This document shows, one piece after another, positions 59,097 to 62,937 of a stretch of 62,937 nt of DNA. Below the pieces are notes generated by a model that was given only the letters and a program-made list of their open reading frames with translations, was not told the DNA's origin and searched no databases. Each line of letters opens with the position of its first letter. Position 1 is the first letter of the stretch. The DNA comes from Rickettsia typhi (lineage in GTDB: Bacteria; Pseudomonadota; Alphaproteobacteria; Rickettsiales; UBA1997): NCBI GenBank assembly GCA_945862075.1, contig CAMAWV010000003.1, positions 1 to 62,937 on the forward strand, read 5' to 3'. The position numbers were made by a program, and so were the translations under genes.

Positions 59097-60520
59097 TTAT
59101 TAAAAAATTCTGGATAAGCTTTTGTTTGATGCAATAACCGATATTTACCATTCTCTTGCTGAAAATATACCTGTAAATATTCATTTAACTCATCTTCAAC
59201 CTTAAAAATTACCATCGTTTCTGGATTTTTTTCTGACACCTTATTATCAGTAAATAAATCGAGTACTGTATATTTTTTATGTCCAAGAGTAAAATTAGTA
59301 GAAAGTTGCATATCTTTGGCAAAAATAACTTCAATTACTGATAATACCCACTTTTTATCGGTTTTTTGAGCAATTGCAGTAAGCGATGTAATATTGGCAA
59401 ATTGCGAACCTAAAATTGCCTCACTGACTTCGGTTAAATTATAAAGATTAAAAACAAAAGTTTCTGGCTTATTTTTAACTTTCCATAAAAAAGTTGTTTT
59501 AAGATTATCAATAATTTTTTTGTTAATTTTTCTTTTGGCAAAAAAACCATCAATTTTTTGAATCAAATCGGGCTGAAATTTGAAATCTTCTCGCCAAGAT
59601 TGCTCATAATTGCGATGATATACAGGTATGAGTTGCCAATTTTCTTTTAAAACACCGACCTCTTGTTTATCATAAGCAAGATTGATATGCCATTTGCTAA
59701 CAAAATTATGATCGATTAATTGATTTTTACCAAAAAACTTACCTTTATTGTGAAAATATTGCATTTTTTTATACTGCTCATTGTTTATCAAATAATTTGT
59801 CAATAAAAAGTTGTCGAGCTGTTGTAAATTTTGCTGGTTGCTACTAACAATTTTTAATAGATCTTGATTTTTTTGTAAATTTTCTGAGGCAAATTTAATA
59901 GCTGTTTTACTATTAGAAACTGCCACTTTAACAATATCGAAGTTACTTTTTAAGTTATTAGTGGCAAATTCTAGCAACAAGCCATTATCAGTAAAAGCAT
60001 TAAGAGCAATGCTTTCTATTGCTCTTACCCTATCAGAAGCATATTGATAATTATCGGCATCGAGATCGATCATTTTAGCAATAAACTCTTGGTTATCAAG
60101 AAGCTTCCATGTGGCAAATTTTAATACATTTCTGCTTAATAAAGCCGATTCGGCAATAAAAATAGCATTTCCTCTTACCTCTGGCGCAGCATATTTTAAA
60201 ACTTCTGGCTTAATTTTGATTAACCTTTGAATAAAAATTTTATCTTGTCTTAAAATATCGGAGGCATCTTGAAAATAAACAGGATCAATAATTGCCACCT
60301 GAAAAATCAGGTTTCTATTTTGACTAAAACACACAGGCAAATCAGAAATTGCATTAGGATTTTTAAGCTCAACTTGTTGTAAAATTTGATTAAAATATTT
60401 TTCTTGATTGCTACATAATGCTGATTTTGCCGATAAGTAATTGCCAGTGGTTTGTTTAGCAAAAACTGGTAAATGTTGCCAAAAAAACAATACAAATAAA
60501 CAAAATCTAACAAAAAACAT
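59093..60520 (-). CDS. Secreted DUF4116-repeat protein (tentative)
   Basis: Signal peptide from the ATG at 60520 (MFFVRFCLFVLFFWQHLPVFA). Repeated ..LKYA/FA..L..N/D..F/I motifs are typical of DUF4116. The track's longer start overlaps nuoK. Confidence 0.55.
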   Translation of the reverse strand: MFFVRFCLFVLFFWQHLPVFAKQTTGNYLSAKSALCSNQEKYFNQILQQVELKNPNAISDLPVCFSQNRNLIFQVAIIDPVYFQDASDILRQDKIFIQRLIKIKPEVLKYAAPEVRGNAIFIAESALLSRNVLKFATWKLLDNQEFIAKMIDLDADNYQYASDRVRAIESIALNAFTDNGLLLEFATNNLKSNFDIVKVAVSNSKTAIKFASENLQKNQDLLKIVSSNQQNLQQLDNFLLTNYLINNEQYKKMQYFHNKGKFFGKNQLIDHNFVSKWHINLAYDKQEVGVLKENWQLIPVYHRNYEQSWREDFKFQPDLIQKIDGFFAKRKINKKIIDNLKTTFLWKVKNKPETFVFNLYNLTEVSEAILGSQFANITSLTAIAQKTDKKWVLSVIEVIFAKDMQLSTNFTLGHKKYTVLDLFTDNKVSEKNPETMVIFKVEDELNEYLQVYFQQENGKYRLLHQTKAYPEFFNN

Positions 60521-60527
60521 TGATATT

Positions 60528-60842
60528 TTAACCTTTAATAGAAGATGCTTGCATAATTTCAATGTTGCCTTTATTATGAAAATAAACCACCAAAATTGCC
60601 AAAGCAATGGCCGCCTCTGCCCCAGCAATTGCCAAAACAAAAATACTAAATATTTGCCCAGAAATATCTTGCAGATAAACCGAAAAAGACACAAAATTAA
60701 TATTAACAGCCAAAAGCATAATTTCGATAGACATTAACACAGAAATAATGGTTTTGCGGTTTAAAAAAATACCCATAACCCCTATGCAAAACAACAAACC
60801 AGATAAAATAACAAAATAATTTTGCGGAATTTGATTGATCAT
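60528..60842 (-). CDS. nuoK: NADH-quinone oxidoreductase subunit K
   Basis: 104 aa, three TM segments, SIEIMLLAVNINFV and GAEAAIALAILV. Confidence 0.9.
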   Translation of the reverse strand: MINQIPQNYFVILSGLLFCIGVMGIFLNRKTIISVLMSIEIMLLAVNINFVSFSVYLQDISGQIFSIFVLAIAGAEAAIALAILVVYFHNKGNIEIMQASSIKG

Positions 60843-60854
60843 AAACAGTATATT

Positions 60855-61481
60855 TTAAAGGTTAATACCAGAACCAGAAGCAACTTTTACCACTTCTAGA
60901 GAATCTTTTTTAGAACGAGCAACTTGTTGAGAAATATTTTGTTTTTTTGCCAAAGGATTATCTGTTTGCAAGGTAAGCACAATCGCCCCAATCATGGCCA
61001 CAAACAAAATTAAACCCACAATTTGAAACGGAATAATAAAATCGGTGTATAAAACATTGCCAATGTTATGAGTGTTGCTGATGCCGTGATTAATAGCATA
61101 AGTAATTTTTGGTTGATAACTACCAATTGTTGAAAACTCGATGCATAAAAATATTTCGATAAATAACACTATACCAATTAAAGCTAAAAAAGGCTTTTTA
61201 CGATCAATTTGTAGCATAATTTCTTGGTCGGTATTTAGCATCATCACCACAAACAAAAACAGCACCGCAACCGCCCCTACATAAACCACAATTAACAGCA
61301 TAGCAATAAATTCGGCACCAATTAACAAAAACAAACCAGAAGCATTAAAAAAAGCTAAAATTAAAAACATGGCCGAATGCACCATATTTTGCTTTAAAAC
61401 CACTACAAACGAGCTTAAAACCAAAATAGTAGAAAACAAAAAAAATAATAATTCGTTTGGGCTATATAATGCTAAATTCAT
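60855..61481 (-). CDS. nuoJ: NADH-quinone oxidoreductase subunit J
   Basis: 208 aa, NMVHSAMFLILAFFNASGLFLLIGAEFIAMLLIVVYVGAVAVLFLFVVMML. Confidence 0.9.
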   Translation of the reverse strand: MNLALYSPNELLFFLFSTILVLSSFVVVLKQNMVHSAMFLILAFFNASGLFLLIGAEFIAMLLIVVYVGAVAVLFLFVVMMLNTDQEIMLQIDRKKPFLALIGIVLFIEIFLCIEFSTIGSYQPKITYAINHGISNTHNIGNVLYTDFIIPFQIVGLILFVAMIGAIVLTLQTDNPLAKKQNISQQVARSKKDSLEVVKVASGSGINL

Positions 61482-61564
61482 AAAAAATGATGATAATTAT
61501 AGAAAATTATTTCAATTTTAAGCAACAAAAATAACTAGTCAAGAGCAATGCTATTTATCTTGTG

Positions 61565-62937
61565 CTAATCAATAAACAAACTCTCTTCGCCAAGCATATC
61601 AACAATTTTTATAGCAATTTTGCCTTGTGCTTCAAGTGTATATTTGGCTTTTATTAAATCTGTTTTTCGTTTTGGAACATCGCTAAAATGAGTTGTAAAA
61701 ATTTCACCATTGTAATTTGTATCAATCAAAATATAGTCGATCTGGCTTTTAAAGTTGGTGATTTGAGTATCAAATATACTTTTCTCTAGGTTCATTTTTT
61801 GCAAGATCTGATGAGAGAGATAATTTTTAATTTCAATTTCTGCCGTCTTGCCATTTTTTTTGATTTCAATTTCAAATTCGGCTGGTTTAAATTGAATAAC
61901 TCCATCTTTTTGAATGTCGGTTATGCTTAATGTGTTTATGCCAGCACGCATTTTGTTGTGTTGGTTTTTTAGCTCTTCGATTTTAAAATAATCTTGTGTG
62001 CCAGAACAATAAACCAAAACATCTTCATCGCTTTCTTTTTCAAGTGCTTTATCAATTATTTGAGCAATATCAAGAGGGGTGAGGGGCCGATGCAAATCTA
62101 TCACTTTTACAAATTTTTCACCTTTTTTGAAGTTAAAATAATCATCATTTGATTTTTCAAGCCCATATTTTTTAACAATAATATCGGTGCTGTCTTTTAT
62201 TTCTCTAAAATCGTAATTATTAACCTTGTAATGCAAGATTTTTGCTGAAGTTTTTTGTTGATTTAATAAATCTTTGTTGTTTTCATTTATGATTTTTTGC
62301 AATCTTTTAATTGCGGTTTGAATTGAACCTTTATTGCAATCAATACCAATCCATTTTCTGCCTAGTTTTTGAGCAACCGCTTGCGTGGTGCCACTGCCCA
62401 TAAAGCAATCAAGCACAATTGAGCCCTCGTTTGAGCTTGCTTTTATAATCCTTTCAAGCAGGGCTTCGGGCTTTTGGGTGGGGTAGCCTCCATCTCTCTC
62501 ATCTGCCATATTATTAATAAACGGTATTTTCCATACATCACCAAGAGGTTTTCCTTTTAGTTCATCCAAATATTGCTTTCTGCCACCTCTTTTCATATAT
62601 TTTCTACCACTGCCATCCAGATTACAAAATTTATTTTCATAACCTTCTGGGTACTCTCCGTAGACCTTATTAAAAATAATATCGCTATTTTTTTTATACC
62701 ATATTATGGTTTCGTGATCTCTTATAAAATTATCTGCAATACTTTTAAAGCCAGAAACGTTGTCAAAATACCATACAATCTCTCTACAAAAACTCTCCTC
62801 GCCAAAAACTTCATCAAGCAAAAAACGCAAGTGGTGGCTTTTGTGCCAGTCGCAATGCAGATAAATTGATCCTTGGTCGCTTAAAAGCTCTCTTAATAAA
62901 ATTAGCCTTTCATACATAAATTGCAAATAGCTGTCGT
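61565..62937 (-). CDS. Beta-class N4/N6 DNA methyltransferase, partial (N-terminus beyond right edge), with a C-terminal extension of about 230 aa
   Basis: The frame is open to the window edge (..[11 protein letters not shown]..). [15 protein letters not shown] and motif [10 protein letters not shown] are present. The DPPY-type motif is expected upstream, outside the window. Confidence 0.8.
   Translation of the reverse strand, partial: DSYLQFMYERLILLRELLSDQGSIYLHCDWHKSHHLRFLLDEVFGEESFCREIVWYFDNVSGFKSIADNFIRDHETIIWYKKNSDIIFNKVYGEYPEGYENKFCNLDGSGRKYMKRGGRKQYLDELKGKPLGDVWKIPFINNMADERDGGYPTQKPEALLERIIKASSNEGSIVLDCFMGSGTTQAVAQKLGRKWIGIDCNKGSIQTAIKRLQKIINENNKDLLNQQKTSAKILHYKVNNYDFREIKDSTDIIVKKYGLEKSNDDYFNFKKGEKFVKVIDLHRPLTPLDIAQIIDKALEKESDEDVLVYCSGTQDYFKIEELKNQHNKMRAGINTLSITDIQKDGVIQFKPAEFEIEIKKNGKTAEIEIKNYLSHQILQKMNLEKSIFDTQITNFKSQIDYILIDTNYNGEIFTTHFSDVPKRKTDLIKAKYTLEAQGKIAIKIVDMLGEESLFID

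Noticed and set aside
1-62937. CRISPR arrays, rRNA genes, transposases/IS elements, integrases, prophage genes
   Set aside because: I scanned both strands by eye. There are no regularly spaced direct repeats, no rRNA-like GC-rich blocks, and no DDE/tyrosine-recombinase-like ORFs.

Overview
AT-rich (about 30% GC by eye), gene-dense bacterial chromosome segment. The gene content looks alphaproteobacterial and host-associated, Rickettsiales/Holosporales-like. This is inferred from an NDUFA12-like/MlaD/DUF2155 cluster, a split pntAA, dispersed nuo genes, FtsZ with a long C-terminal linker, and Sel1/ankyrin proteins. Most of the window is housekeeping: panC, nuoD, eno, ssb, proC, tatC, rpe, bioB, ubiG, xseA, nusA, pntAA, ftsZ, thiE, hisD, lptAB, dxs, nhaA, phrB, nuoJK. 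It also holds five tRNAs that the ORF track cannot show (Val-GAC, Gln-UUG, Leu-GAG, Ala-UGC, Asn-GUU). The main unexplained signals are these. (1) A minus-strand ORF of at least 1,689 codons fills 1..5067 and is missing from the ORF track only because its stop lies beyond the left edge. It encodes a predicted lipoprotein with poly-Gly, LamG-like and Sushi/CCP-like Cys modules. (2) An intact alaS-derived gene lacks the entire aminoacylation domain. (3) There are four restriction-modification-related loci: an m5C MTase plus nuclease cassette beside tRNA-Val, an orphan NPPY MTase, a decayed MmeI-family gene, and an edge-truncated beta-class MTase with a long C-terminal extension. (4) A co-directional membrane gene trio combines a NuoL/MnhD-like subunit, a STAS-less SulP and a 4-TM protein. 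(5) A decayed ankyrin pseudogene sits next to a Sel1+ankyrin secreted protein. (6) A short intergenic sequence motif recurs, and there are several perfect inverted repeats. I saw no CRISPR array, rRNA, transposase or integrase.
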